The notes under the pieces are model-generated. The model did not search any database. It was given only the letters and a program-made list of their open reading frames with translations, and was not told the origin of the DNA. A program made the position numbers and the translations under genes. From IMG/VR virus record IMGVR_UViG_3300020045_004268, positions 1-55,768 of that record: DNA of 55,768 nucleotides. One strand, given 5' to 3'. Each line of letters opens with the position of its first letter. Positions within the stretch are counted from its first letter, which is position 1. This document shows positions 9,175 to 18,469 of the stretch, in pieces. This DNA comes from a virus (lineage: Duplodnaviria > Caudoviricetes).

Positions 9175-9531
9175 CTATTTTAAAGGTTCTTTTCTCACTG
9201 CAAGGCCGCTGTCAACAGTGTTTACTGCCAGTGGGGCGTTAAGTTTATCTTTCAAGTACATAAGCAATCCTGTTAAAGCGCCTACGTAGTTTTTATAAAC
9301 AACCCTTAACTTTTTGTCAGGGTTATTCTTGTGCTGTTTCCAATAGGCTGTATTAGCATTTTCAACGTGTTTTATGATGCCTTGTAGCTGCTCCTTACAC
9401 GCTTCTTCTGCGTATAGCTCGGCGGCTTCATTGATAATCCTCGATACATCAATTATTACTGATTTATAAAAGCCATCAGGATGACCATATTTCTTAGCCG
9501 TTTCATCTAAGTAAAATTGTAGGGTGTTCAT
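9175..9531 (-). CDS. Hypothetical protein
   Basis: 118 aa ORF. Confidence 0.6.
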   Translation of the reverse strand: MNTLQFYLDETAKKYGHPDGFYKSVIIDVSRIINEAAELYAEEACKEQLQGIIKHVENANTAYWKQHKNNPDKKLRVVYKNYVGALTGLLMYLKDKLNAPLAVNTVDSGLAVRKEPLK

Positions 9532-9905
9532 GGTTTAAGGTTTTTAGTTGATAGTTTTTTGCCGAGGGATAGCACGAAGTATTTTTTTCCTAATTCTGCA
9601 CCCCACGATGCTAAACCCATTTCTATTTGGATGCCTTGCAGTTCTACAATCATTTCGGGAGAATCGGCAGCATAACCGTTTTTGAAAGTTATAGTGTCGT
9701 ATTCTTTAAATTTTTTACAACTAAACGTTGGGTTTTTATCATTGTCAGGTATTATGCTTTCAAATAATGTAAGGTCATAATCATTAGGGCAAAGCCTTTT
9801 AATCCAATACGGCTTAATCTCCCGATACTCTTCTTTTTTTTCGCCTGATAGTATCATATCAAACCAAACTTTTTTTAGCGTTAAATGCAGTGTCTTAGCT
9901 CCCAT
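9528..9905 (-). CDS. ASCH domain protein
   Basis: LHLTLKKVWFDMILSGEKKEEYREIKPYW...F.NGY. Confidence 0.85.
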   Translation of the reverse strand: MGAKTLHLTLKKVWFDMILSGEKKEEYREIKPYWIKRLCPNDYDLTLFESIIPDNDKNPTFSCKKFKEYDTITFKNGYAADSPEMIVELQGIQIEMGLASWGAELGKKYFVLSLGKKLSTKNLKP

Positions 9906-10431
9906 ATATTTCTTTTTTGGCGGTTGGCGTGAGGGTTAAGGGAAAAATGTCATCGATTAATTGTTCAGCAGTAACCCCTTTTACCCACAGGTGATAAAAT
10001 CTGTTTACTCCAAATGGTTGGTCAGAATTAGGTGTAAAAATTGCGCCTTCTCTAAATTCAAACCCCTCAAACAAGCAACGGGCTTTGGCGGCTTGGTAAT
10101 CATTCATTTCAATGAAAAAGGCGTTGTTTACAAATCCTGTATTATCTGTAAAATCAGCTTCTTTAGGTTCGGTTACGATTTCGCCTTCCTCATCTATAGG
10201 CACGAACATAAATAGTTCCAGTGGGCGCTTTAGGAATTTGGCGTACTCACCAACTAAGCGCCATTTTATAGCATCTATAGCGAGCATGTCTTTTACCATT
10301 TCGCTTTGGCTCCCAGTCCACACGGGTGTTTTAAATATCTTTGGATATGTCTCGCAAAGTTCTGACGTGGTCATTGACCTGAAGTGCAGCACGAAATCAG
10401 CTGCCGGGGTAAGTTTAGTTATCTGTTGCAT
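9895..10431 (-). CDS. Hypothetical protein
   Basis: 178 aa; YAKFLKRPLEL.MFVP...YQAAK.R.LFEGF. Confidence 0.7.
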   Translation of the reverse strand: MQQITKLTPAADFVLHFRSMTTSELCETYPKIFKTPVWTGSQSEMVKDMLAIDAIKWRLVGEYAKFLKRPLELFMFVPIDEEGEIVTEPKEADFTDNTGFVNNAFFIEMNDYQAAKARCLFEGFEFREGAIFTPNSDQPFGVNRFYHLWVKGVTAEQLIDDIFPLTLTPTAKKEIYGS

Positions 10432-10865
10432 TTCCTAATAATTACAAGTTTCTCAATTACGTTGTGCCGGGCGGCTTGGTATTCCTCTACCTCTGCGCCA
10501 AAATCTTCAGTCCCTGATTCTGTTTCGTAGTCATCAGTCCAATGCGGCTCAGGTAATGGATTCTCAAAGTAGTAGCCCGCCGCTTCAATTGCTGAGCGTA
10601 TGAAATATTCATTGCTGGCTAAGTCCCTGAAGCTTTTTAAATCTGAAGCGTCAAAATCAATCACGTCTTTCGTGGCGGTGCCTAAACACTCGGTGCTGAT
10701 AATGTTTATATTGCAATACCCGCCTTTAATTTTGTGATTTAACCCTGATAGGCTTACATGGTATTGACTCCACTCAATGCAGTTATGTATCATTACGAAA
10801 TCATGCGCATCCATCGGCACCGGCACAGCCCACACCTCTGCTGTTGTTATTGGTAGTTGTTTCAT
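10419..10865 (-). CDS. Hypothetical protein
   Basis: 148 aa coupled ORF. Confidence 0.65.
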   Translation of the reverse strand: MKQLPITTAEVWAVPVPMDAHDFVMIHNCIEWSQYHVSLSGLNHKIKGGYCNINIISTECLGTATKDVIDFDASDLKSFRDLASNEYFIRSAIEAAGYYFENPLPEPHWTDDYETESGTEDFGAEVEEYQAARHNVIEKLVIIRKCNR

Positions 10866-11095
10866 AATTCAGGATATTCGGACTTCATAAATTCAAGAAA
10901 TCCAGCATCTTCATTGTTTCGATGCTCATTAATGTTTTGTAATTCAGCTTTTATTTTAGGCAGGGCTTTTTCGCAGCGCTTACATGTGATATATCGTTCA
11001 TCATTGCTGCTATTGTAGTCTTCGCCCAGAACAGTACCGCACCATGCTTTATCCGAATCGCTGTCCTCAAAAGGGTCATAATGTATTACTCCCAT
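10862..11095 (-). CDS. Small putative Zn-binding protein
   Basis: H...WCG...TCKRC. Confidence 0.6.
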   Translation of the reverse strand: MGVIHYDPFEDSDSDKAWCGTVLGEDYNSSNDERYITCKRCEKALPKIKAELQNINEHRNNEDAGFLEFMKSEYPEL

Positions 11096-11100
11096 AATCG

Positions 11101-11490
11101 TTATTTGTTTAGTAGTTCAGTAATCCAATGCACACCCTCTTTTCCCATAAATAATTCCTGAACATGCATTAATTCTTCAGGGTATTTTCCACGTTCAAAA
11201 AGAGAGTAAAACACATTTCTACAATGTGTAAGAGCATCTTCTAATTTCGCCTCACGTTCCAGCAACTCCCTCGCTGTTTTGCCGCTTTCGTTTAATACGT
11301 TGAAGCAGTCTTTGATGAATTCGGCGTTAGCTTCTATCTCAGGCGTTATTTTATGATCAGGCAGGTACATGTGTAGCAAAACATAATTGCTGCCCTCTGA
11401 GCCTATGCATACCTGTTTGTAGTCAGATAAGCCGAGCGTGATTACTTTAGCTTCGCCCCGTGTTATGTGTTCTTTGTTAATATTTTGCAT
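11101..11490 (-). CDS. Hypothetical protein
   Basis: 129 aa; EANAEFI...N motif common in phage accessory genes. Confidence 0.65.
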   Translation of the reverse strand: MQNINKEHITRGEAKVITLGLSDYKQVCIGSEGSNYVLLHMYLPDHKITPEIEANAEFIKDCFNVLNESGKTARELLEREAKLEDALTHCRNVFYSLFERGKYPEELMHVQELFMGKEGVHWITELLNK

Positions 11491-11665
11491 ACTGGATATT
11501 TTTAAATGTTATTGTTGAATCTCTCCAAAGAACTGCAAGCCTAACTAATTCACTTTGGTAACTTATAGCATCTGTAAACACTATTTGCGGCTCACCCATT
11601 ATTTTTTGCTGAATATAAATAGGTTTATTTTGAAACCAAGGCATAAGGTGGTCTATTTCTGCCAT
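11477..11665 (-). CDS. Hypothetical protein
   Basis: 62 aa ORF. Confidence 0.5.
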   Translation of the reverse strand: MAEIDHLMPWFQNKPIYIQQKIMGEPQIVFTDAISYQSELVRLAVLWRDSTITFKNIQYAKY

Positions 11666-11668
11666 ATC

Positions 11669-11815
11669 CTACCCTTTTAAAATTAAACACCCCAATACAC
11701 CTATTATTCCCAATGCAAACCCAACAGCGGCTAATGCCCTTAATGCCCATTTAGCAGGTGTGTAGTTCGGTTCTCGCCTGGCTTCGTTTAGGCGGTCAAT
11801 CGTTTCTTTGTTCAT
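11669..11815 (-). CDS. Small membrane protein (48 aa)
   Basis: Hand-translated MNKETIDRL...ALAAVGFALGIIGVLGCLILKG; ATGA overlap. Confidence 0.55.
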   Translation of the reverse strand: MNKETIDRLNEARREPNYTPAKWALRALAAVGFALGIIGVLGCLILKG

Positions 11816-12270
11816 GGCGTTATAGAATTAATAAGTGAATTATGCTCAACTTCCATAGCAGACAGTAAATCTTCTTTTTGCTTAAGACCTTGTTTCGCAT
11901 AAATTATAGCCTCTAACTGTTTATTTATTATTTTTTGAATATCCTCCTCATAGTACTTTAAGAAAAATGTTTTGCCCTCCGGTGTAAGAACATCAAAAAG
12001 ATAAAAAGGATTCACATAGTTGTTGTACTGGTTTTGAAGCCTATGTCCATATTGCAAGCTGTCTAAATAATGCTTATTAACTATACCTCCCCCTACCTCA
12101 AGTTTATACTCTTTGTTAAAAAAGCGTGTCCAACCAGTTGAAGCTCCTGGATGTTCAGTACTTTTTTCTACAGGAATAGTAAGGAACGATAAAAAATCAG
12201 CCATTAGTATTGGCTTTTTGTTCCAATTGATTTTTATTTTGTCGTGAGGTAGTTCTTTAATTAAAGTCAT
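11812..12270 (-). CDS. Hypothetical protein
   Basis: 152 aa ORF. Confidence 0.65.
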   Translation of the reverse strand: MTLIKELPHDKIKINWNKKPILMADFLSFLTIPVEKSTEHPGASTGWTRFFNKEYKLEVGGGIVNKHYLDSLQYGHRLQNQYNNYVNPFYLFDVLTPEGKTFFLKYYEEDIQKIINKQLEAIIYAKQGLKQKEDLLSAMEVEHNSLINSITP

Positions 12271-12379
12271 AGTCTTTATTCATTTCGGCATTAGCCATTA
12301 ATACTTTGTTTCTATTTTCCTCACTCGGGTTTTCGTAGTATGCTATAAGAGCCAATCCCCTTTGTTGTAGTAGTTCCAT
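12257..12379 (-). CDS. Small hypothetical protein (40 aa)
   Basis: Hand-translated MELLQQRGLALIAYYENP...; TAATG overlap. Confidence 0.5.
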   Translation of the reverse strand: MELLQQRGLALIAYYENPSEENRNKVLMANAEMNKDYDFN

Positions 12380-12627
12380 TACTCCGGTGCGCGTTCGGTT
12401 ACTATCCAGTCCAAATCCTGCATTTGTGAGTCCTGCTTTTCAAGGCAAAAATCCTCAACGCCGTTTTCACCATTTATACGTAAACCATAGCCAAACGTAT
12501 TATGGTTGGTTTCATCCCAGTAACTATCAACTACATATTCTATATCCTTTTTAAATATGTCTCGGTAATCGACTGGTGCCACCACCTTTAGCGGCTTACC
12601 TGTTCCTTCTATGTGTACGTGTTTCAT
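12379..12627 (-). CDS. Hypothetical protein
   Basis: 82 aa ORF. Confidence 0.6.
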   Translation of the reverse strand: MKHVHIEGTGKPLKVVAPVDYRDIFKKDIEYVVDSYWDETNHNTFGYGLRINGENGVEDFCLEKQDSQMQDLDWIVTERAPE

Positions 12628-12648
12628 AATTAAATTGTTATTTGTTGA

Positions 12649-12855
12649 TTAAACTGTAAATTTTGCTGTTTCCACAAAGTTCATCAAATTCCGGCTTTCA
12701 GATTTTGAATCGTAATCCTCGTAAGGCACGTAGCCCAATCGATGCTCACCTTTGTACTCTTCCATTTCAGGACTTTCAAAACCCTGAGTTGCTTCTTGCT
12801 CACTTCCTGAAAACATACACACGTTATTGTGTAAGTGCATCCAAATATTTTCCAT
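12649..12855 (-). CDS. Hypothetical acidic protein
   Basis: Likely start MENIW at 12855 after A-rich leader. Confidence 0.6.
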   Translation of the reverse strand: MENIWMHLHNNVCMFSGSEQEATQGFESPEMEEYKGEHRLGYVPYEDYDSKSESRNLMNFVETAKFTV

Positions 12856-12877
12856 TACGTAATTAATTTTGTTTTTG

Positions 12878-12930
12878 TAAAGGTATAAAACTTTTTTAAT
12901 TACAATACACATAATTAAAAAAGTTTTATA
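12878..12930. promoter_or_regulatory. Promoter-like site with perfect 19-bp inverted repeat (operator candidate)
   Basis: TATAAAACTTTTTTAATTA-N9-TAATTAAAAAAGTTTTATA at 12884-12930 overlapping a minus-strand TACCTTTA (-7-like). Confidence 0.55.
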
Positions 12931-12931
12931 A

Positions 12932-13390
12932 TTATATTTTCTTACCGTCGTGAAGTTTACTTAACTGGTATTGTTTGCTAAGAAGTGGGTTATTCTCAAA
13001 CTCTAAATTATGCTGTAGGCAACACGGTTTCCAAAAACGAATATCGTTTAGTAACCAAATATCGTTATCCCTTGCAAATTTATCAGCGTAACCATCCCTA
13101 CCTTTTTGATGCTCTATAGTTGTGGCTTTTTTTCCACAACCATCTACAAAGCAAAATTCATTTTCAGGCTGTTTTAAGAACTCTTTACGGTCAACGCTAT
13201 AATGTTTTAGCCTTGCGCCTTGTTTTTTGCTTACAGAGGCTATTTTGGCTTTAAAAGGCTTATTTACCTTTGGTTTTGCTTTTGCGTTACGTTCAGAAAC
13301 ACAAAAATCACAGGGGCATTTCTGTAAGCTGGTATATTGCCTCCATTCATGCCCTGTGATTTTGCAAACTTTTTGTTTGAAGTTAGCCAT
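12932..13390 (-). CDS. NinG/HNH-like Zn-binding nuclease-family protein
   Basis: CKITG...CPCDFC, CFVDGC...TTIEHQKGR...PCC..HN. Confidence 0.6.
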   Translation of the reverse strand: MANFKQKVCKITGHEWRQYTSLQKCPCDFCVSERNAKAKPKVNKPFKAKIASVSKKQGARLKHYSVDRKEFLKQPENEFCFVDGCGKKATTIEHQKGRDGYADKFARDNDIWLLNDIRFWKPCCLQHNLEFENNPLLSKQYQLSKLHDGKKI

Positions 13391-13940
13391 TGGCAACCCT
13401 CATTGTTGGTTCTTCAAAGTCAAGTTTTGTCTGCCCCATTTTATCCTTAAACAAATAACTCCAAACCTCGGCTTTTATCTTTTCTGCCCAGTCATTAGCC
13501 CTTTGCTTAATTTCTTCTGAAGCCTCATCAAATACAAACAACGGGCTTTCAATTTTAGGCTTTGAACTTTCACAATCCAATTTACCTTTTAGCCTTAGCC
13601 CGGTCGTTTCTTCATCCCCAACAAACTCAACCTCGGCAACCTCAAACCTTGTAACTTCTTCTGCCCATTTACGCCGGGCTATTTCCAAAGTTTCTAAGTT
13701 CTTTCGATTGTGCTCCCTGGCAAAATCCCACCCCTCTAACATGCCCAATGATGTAGCAAAAACCTCTTTGCCTACATTATCATTAAAAGCATTTAATAGG
13801 TCGTTGTGGGGTATGTCAATGCACTTAGGTCGCTGCTCTTTGTTAGGGCGGCTTTTTTCGTAATAGGTTGCCTCAACCTTTTTACCCTCGACTTTAACCT
13901 TTATCAGGTCAAAATCACCATACGCTACTGTTTTACTCAT
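13383..13940 (-). CDS. Hypothetical protein
   Basis: Likely start MSKTV at 13940. Confidence 0.7.
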   Translation of the reverse strand: MSKTVAYGDFDLIKVKVEGKKVEATYYEKSRPNKEQRPKCIDIPHNDLLNAFNDNVGKEVFATSLGMLEGWDFAREHNRKNLETLEIARRKWAEEVTRFEVAEVEFVGDEETTGLRLKGKLDCESSKPKIESPLFVFDEASEEIKQRANDWAEKIKAEVWSYLFKDKMGQTKLDFEEPTMRVANG

Positions 13941-14253
13941 TGTTTTTCGCTTTTTTAAGTTCGTGTAATTCCCGGTCAATTTGGGCGGCTATGAGCGCAC
14001 CGGCTTTCGTTAGTTCCTTTATCCGGTTTTTAGGTGTTGGCTTAAAGTCGCTTTCTTTCCAAGGCCAAAAAGCCACATCAATGGTTACACCTTCATTGTC
14101 CTCAATACCTCTGTCTTTCGGGCTTAATGCATAACACAAAGCAGCATTAGCCAACTCATTTTTTGAGTACAACTCATCGTTTTCCACATCGTAACCCAGT
14201 TCTTTAATTTGCCTTTCACGCTCCTTTGCGATTAGGCTGCATCCATTTTCCAT
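13933..14253 (-). CDS. Conserved phage hypothetical protein
   Basis: IAKERERQI...ELA.AA.CYA...WPW...KP...R..EL.KAGALIAA.IDR. Confidence 0.75.
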   Translation of the reverse strand: MENGCSLIAKERERQIKELGYDVENDELYSKNELANAALCYALSPKDRGIEDNEGVTIDVAFWPWKESDFKPTPKNRIKELTKAGALIAAQIDRELHELKKAKNNE

Positions 14254-14257
14254 AGTT

Positions 14258-14527
14258 TTAATGTTTAGGTGCATCACGGTTAACGCCGCCTGGATTTTCC
14301 AAATCAGCAACATCTGCTGGGTTGATACCCTCGCCTACATATTGCAATCGTTTTTCGTCAAAATACTCGTTACTTTGCACTTTTCCGTCTTTTACCGGAG
14401 GTGTAAGCCCGTACTGGGTACACCCTGTTAAATACTCCACTTTCGCAGTAACAATGCCCTCAAAGCCCGTTACTAAATCTTTGGCTTTCACTCCAAGCCT
14501 CACTGAATTAAAATCAATTACTGCCAT
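14258..14527 (-). CDS. Conserved phage hypothetical protein (SH3-like)
   Basis: LG.KAKDLVTGFEGIVTA...YLTGC.QY. Confidence 0.7.
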   Translation of the reverse strand: MAVIDFNSVRLGVKAKDLVTGFEGIVTAKVEYLTGCTQYGLTPPVKDGKVQSNEYFDEKRLQYVGEGINPADVADLENPGGVNRDAPKH

Positions 14528-14533
14528 TCTTGT

Positions 14534-14698
14534 TTATTTATTAATTGTTAAACGTTTCTTACTTATCCCCAAATTATGCGCTTTTTGGGTTATTGAAAAA
14601 ATGGAACGCCCCATTAATTTAGCTATGTACCTTTTACTGGTTATAGGATATAAATGCATTAGGTACAATACATCTATAAAATCCCATGGCTTATACAT
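14534..14698 (-). CDS. Small Myb/HTH-like protein (54 aa)
   Basis: Hand-translated MYKPWDFIDVLYLMHLYPITSKRYIAKLMGRSIFSITQKAHNLGISK. Confidence 0.55.
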   Translation of the reverse strand: MYKPWDFIDVLYLMHLYPITSKRYIAKLMGRSIFSITQKAHNLGISKKRLTINK

Positions 14699-15209
14699 TG
14701 TAAAATAGCTGCTCTTGCGTATCTCTTAGCCTCCCGTATATCCTGAAAATCATACAATGTTCACCTAATACGAATTTTGTATTTATCTCGGTTACGTGCT
14801 TTGTATTGTCATCAGGTATGCACCTAAGCGTTATAATATCCTTTTTTTTAAGGTTAGCATTTCGCTCTTGTAAAGGCGTTGGTGTCTTTAGTACATCAAG
14901 GAACAGCTTACACCAAAAGTTTGTTTTGTTATCCAAATCAATATGCTGCATCTTGTGATACTCAAAGTCTAAACGCATTTTTTCTATTTCAGGTAGCCTA
15001 CCTATTTGCTGCAACAAAAACCGCTTATTCTCAACGATTATTTTTGATGTAATGTGATAAGAAGTCCTGTCTGAATAAAACAAGTTCCCGGTAAGGTAAA
15101 ATTCCTGTTTGGTTATCAACTTACCATCCTTATCGTACTTAGGCTTTTTTAGATTGATAGTGTATTTAACTGGAGGGTCACGGATTATTATTTCTCTTAT
15201 TAATTCCAT
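14691..15209 (-). CDS. RusA-like Holliday junction resolvase
   Basis: DLDN....K.FLD.L...IPDDN. Confidence 0.7.
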   Translation of the reverse strand: MELIREIIIRDPPVKYTINLKKPKYDKDGKLITKQEFYLTGNLFYSDRTSYHITSKIIVENKRFLLQQIGRLPEIEKMRLDFEYHKMQHIDLDNKTNFWCKLFLDVLKTPTPLQERNANLKKKDIITLRCIPDDNTKHVTEINTKFVLGEHCMIFRIYGRLRDTQEQLFYNV

Positions 15210-15468
15210 TTTCTTTTTCCTTTAAAAGTTTATAGTAATAGTTTACTGTTTTAGCTGTAGCCTCATCAATTTCAGATTGTGAAACCGCTTTATCGTATCG
15301 CTTCAAATTCCCGTTGTTGTTCACCTCTATGTAGAATTTTCCATTAACCCCAACTGGGTAAATTACTATTCCGCTTTTACTTAAAAAGTAAACCTTTGCC
15401 GGGTCTGACTGCGATATTTTTTTTACCGCCTTAGCTGCCAAATTCCAACTGTTTTTTAAGTTTATCAA
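15178..15468 (-). CDS. Hypothetical protein (true start probably ~15441)
   Basis: ORF in operon. Confidence 0.55.
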   Translation of the reverse strand: MINLKNSWNLAAKAVKKISQSDPAKVYFLSKSGIVIYPVGVNGKFYIEVNNNGNLKRYDKAVSQSEIDEATAKTVNYYYKLLKEKENGINKRNNNP

Positions 15469-15871
15469 TCTCGGCCTGCAGCTTTTTAGGCTCGGCCTGC
15501 AACTTCATTATTTCAATATCCTTTGTCCTTAACTGGGATTTATACCCATTGACAATATTACGCTCTGTGATGTATTCAGCTACTGCGCTTTTACAGGTGC
15601 TTTCTATTGTAGTGCAATAAGCATTAATCCTGAGAACCGAAATAAGCATGTCCTCAAACTTTTTATGATTTTTACTTTCAGGCTTCAGCTGGCCTTTAAA
15701 CTCAATAAGCGCATCACTAAGGTAAATCAAATCATTTTCGTTTTGATTGCGCTGTAGCCATAAATGGGTATCTGCCTCATCAAACCTCTTTCGCCTTTCA
15801 GATAAAAACTTCAAATGTATCTTTACTTGGTCGTGTTCCTCTTTTGAATATTCAGCACGTTCGTTTTCCAT
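15431..15871 (-). CDS. Hypothetical coiled-coil protein
   Basis: 146 aa ORF. Confidence 0.65.
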   Translation of the reverse strand: MENERAEYSKEEHDQVKIHLKFLSERRKRFDEADTHLWLQRNQNENDLIYLSDALIEFKGQLKPESKNHKKFEDMLISVLRINAYCTTIESTCKSAVAEYITERNIVNGYKSQLRTKDIEIMKLQAEPKKLQAEIDKLKKQLEFGS

Positions 15872-15873
15872 AT

Positions 15874-16518
15874 TTAAAAAAGTTGAGTTTGTTTTTCATC
15901 TTTTTTGCTGTAAATGCCCATTACGGTATCAAGTATTGTTTTACCAGCTTCGTAGTCTACAAGGTTGCGGGCTATTTTGTCAATGCGCTGTTCACCTTTA
16001 TACTGAGTGAAATCATAGTCGTGGAATTTTGATAAACGCTTTACCTCATTAGCACCGGCTCCTATTTGTATTTGCCTTTCCCCTAAATCATTTGGCAATT
16101 TAAAGTTGCACCAATACAAATGCCTGCCTCTTTTGTGTGCCGGTCGTAAAGGCTCGTAGTAGGGTATTACGTTTTCCACAAGCCACTTACCTTTGAAGTA
16201 GTGTTCAAGAAATATTATCTCTTGGTACAAAGTCATATCTGGATAAATAGCCTCTGTTGTTGTATCATAATTGCTACTACTCCAATATCTGGCTCTGGAA
16301 TGACTTGGACACGGCGGGCTGCTCCAGATAAAATCAAATTCTTTGTAATGGTCAAGTAGATACTGTTGGGCATCGGCAACTATTACCGTATCGTTAGGGA
16401 AACGCTCTTGGTAAAGTTTTGCTAATTCAGGGTCAAGTTCAACGGCTGTTATCTCATGTTCGTCGCCCCATTTGTAGCGGTTGCCTCCTAAGCAGGCATA
16501 GAGATTTAGTATCTTCAT
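15874..16518 (-). CDS. Short C5-cytosine DNA methyltransferase
   Basis: ILNLYACLGG (motif I variant), SSPPC (IV), VENV (VI), R.HL.W. Confidence 0.85.
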   Translation of the reverse strand: MKILNLYACLGGNRYKWGDEHEITAVELDPELAKLYQERFPNDTVIVADAQQYLLDHYKEFDFIWSSPPCPSHSRARYWSSSNYDTTTEAIYPDMTLYQEIIFLEHYFKGKWLVENVIPYYEPLRPAHKRGRHLYWCNFKLPNDLGERQIQIGAGANEVKRLSKFHDYDFTQYKGEQRIDKIARNLVDYEAGKTILDTVMGIYSKKDEKQTQLF

Positions 16519-16521
16519 AAT

Positions 16522-17487
16522 CTAAAAAGGTAAAGTGTCATCTTCTTCATCGTTGCCACCTAAAAGCAATGCGGCCGGGGCTTTATATTCAGCATTGGCA
16601 AAAACCTTATTCCCGTTATTGTCCTCCCAATAAAAAGAGGCTGTTTTAAGGTCAAAAAACATCGGTACTGTACCCAGCTTTGCAACGCTTTTCGGTTTGG
16701 CCTTGGTTATCATTACGTCCACCCCGTTTGCCGTTCCATCCTGCCGGTGTACCGTTATCATTACTTTTCCGCTGTTAGCCCATTCCGTACCCCCTTTAAG
16801 GTCATACATTGTCGGGGCTTTGCGCTTACCATTGGCATCTTTTTCCGTTCGTGTAGGATGTATAATCGTATGAAAGTGCATTTTATGCGCCTCAGCCATT
16901 GCGTTACGGAAACTCAATACATCTTCTAAATACTGATCATCACGCCCAAAACCATGCCCGTTATGTTTCATGTCTTTCCAGCTGTCAATAGTAGCGGTTA
17001 AAAGCATTTTGTCTTCGCCTTTCATGTTAGCGGCAAACTCCCAAAACTCATACGGGGTTATCTTTGCTTTCATATCTTCTTTTACAAGTATCTTAAAATG
17101 CTCTAAAATCCAACCTAAATGCCGTTCCACTTCCTGCTCGGTAATGTAGTTTGAGTTTATAAATCGCTTATCAAATGTTTTACCTGAAAGTTTGTGCATC
17201 AATGTAGCAATAACCTCGTTTTTATCCCCAACATCCGGAACGTAAAGCAAATGTTTCCACCCGTAAAACTTTGTTGTGTTTAAAAGCAATTCTAAAAGAA
17301 GTTCACTTTTTCCACTACCCGGCGAGCCTGTGAAATCTGTACAGCTGCCCAGCGCCATTGTGTAATGCTCGTTTAGCATAGGGAAACCCAAATACACGCC
17401 CCGTAACGCTCCGTTTTCCCTATACTGTAGCAAATCATCACGGGTGTTTTGATATGTCAGTAAATCAAATCCTTTTGGTAAATTCAT
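16522..17487 (-). CDS. DnaB/Twinkle-like SF4 helicase domain
   Basis: TGSPGSGKS, IDSW, IIHP, YDLKGG.EW. Confidence 0.8.
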   Translation of the reverse strand: MNLPKGFDLLTYQNTRDDLLQYRENGALRGVYLGFPMLNEHYTMALGSCTDFTGSPGSGKSELLLELLLNTTKFYGWKHLLYVPDVGDKNEVIATLMHKLSGKTFDKRFINSNYITEQEVERHLGWILEHFKILVKEDMKAKITPYEFWEFAANMKGEDKMLLTATIDSWKDMKHNGHGFGRDDQYLEDVLSFRNAMAEAHKMHFHTIIHPTRTEKDANGKRKAPTMYDLKGGTEWANSGKVMITVHRQDGTANGVDVMITKAKPKSVAKLGTVPMFFDLKTASFYWEDNNGNKVFANAEYKAPAALLLGGNDEEDDTLPF

Positions 17488-17490
17488 GGC

Positions 17491-17634
17491 TTACCAATTA
17501 TGAATATCAAAAATTAATGCAACTATTAAAGTAAACCAAAAAACACTACTTATTGCATTAGCATGTTCCTTTTCCATTTTAGGGCGCAATTGTCCACATA
17601 TCATAAAAGCCGAAAACAATATTACTGTACACAT
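17491..17634 (-). CDS. Small membrane protein (47 aa)
   Basis: Hand-translated, two hydrophobic segments. Confidence 0.45.
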   Translation of the reverse strand: MCTVILFSAFMICGQLRPKMEKEHANAISSVFWFTLIVALIFDIHNW

Positions 17635-17639
17635 AATTT

Positions 17640-17993
17640 TTAATTTTTAAAAGTTAATTCCTCCCCCACAAAAAAGTAGAACACATTTTGCAGGTGGTGT
17701 ACGCTGGTTAATTTCAGCCATTTTATACCCGTCCATGTGTTGTAAGTGCCATCCTCAAACTTATGGATGGCTATCTCTTTTTGAAACATGGTTTTGTATT
17801 GCTGAAAGCCGAGATTAAGGCGTATTACTTCATCACTTAAAGTGAAATATCTCAACTCACCCAAAGAGTAAGCAACTTCATCACGCCCATCATTACACCA
17901 AATTATTTCGCCACGTATACCTACTACTTTTAGAACAACACCGCTTACATCGCAAACATTGTTTCCTTTTCTAAGTTCATTCGACTGTATCAT
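17640..17993 (-). CDS. YopX-like hypothetical protein
   Basis: NELRKGN...LGF...VHHLQN.FY...GEEL. Confidence 0.7.
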   Translation of the reverse strand: MIQSNELRKGNNVCDVSGVVLKVVGIRGEIIWCNDGRDEVAYSLGELRYFTLSDEVIRLNLGFQQYKTMFQKEIAIHKFEDGTYNTWTGIKWLKLTSVHHLQNVFYFFVGEELTFKN

Positions 17994-18312
17994 ACCTTTT
18001 GTTATAAATATTATTAGCTTCAGTTATGGCGTATGCCTGCGCTTTTTGCCTGTCCTCAAAATAAAACCCGTTAATGCCGTTAAGCGTATTGTTTTCCTGA
18101 ATGTTGTAATGAAAATCAGGATGGCCTTTTACGTGGCATATACCGCCTGTTTCTATGTATATGCCTACGCTGTCAAAAAAATCAATAATTAAAAAATTAA
18201 TTATTACATCAGGAATGTTGTTTAATTCTACAACTGAAAATAGGGTATGATATTTTTGCGTATCAATAAGCCATTTTGAGCAGTGCGTCCTTGCATGGTC
18301 TGTTAGTAACAT
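17977..18312 (-). CDS. Hypothetical protein
   Basis: IIDFFDSVGIYI...R..A...AI..AN.IYN. Confidence 0.7.
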   Translation of the reverse strand: MLLTDHARTHCSKWLIDTQKYHTLFSVVELNNIPDVIINFLIIDFFDSVGIYIETGGICHVKGHPDFHYNIQENNTLNGINGFYFEDRQKAQAYAITEANNIYNKRYDTVE

Positions 18313-18317
18313 TATTT

Positions 18318-18458
18318 TTAGGGTTTAAGGTTTTCGTTTTGACTAAAAATTTTTATGTAAATAGCTATAAGAAAAAAACTAACGTAATCTAATTTTAGCA
18401 GTTTACAAATTAATGACAATGCTACCGAACAAAAAACGGCTACTAAGTATTTTTTCAT
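18318..18458 (-). CDS. Small membrane protein (46 aa)
   Basis: Hand-translated MKKYLVAVFCSVALSLICK... Confidence 0.45.
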   Translation of the reverse strand: MKKYLVAVFCSVALSLICKLLKLDYVSFFLIAIYIKIFSQNENLKP

Positions 18459-18469
18459 TCTGTTTTGTT

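Noticed and set aside
15470-15501. Short CTCGGCCTGCA direct repeat
   Set aside because: Explained by coiled-coil heptad duplication (LQAE..KLQAE)
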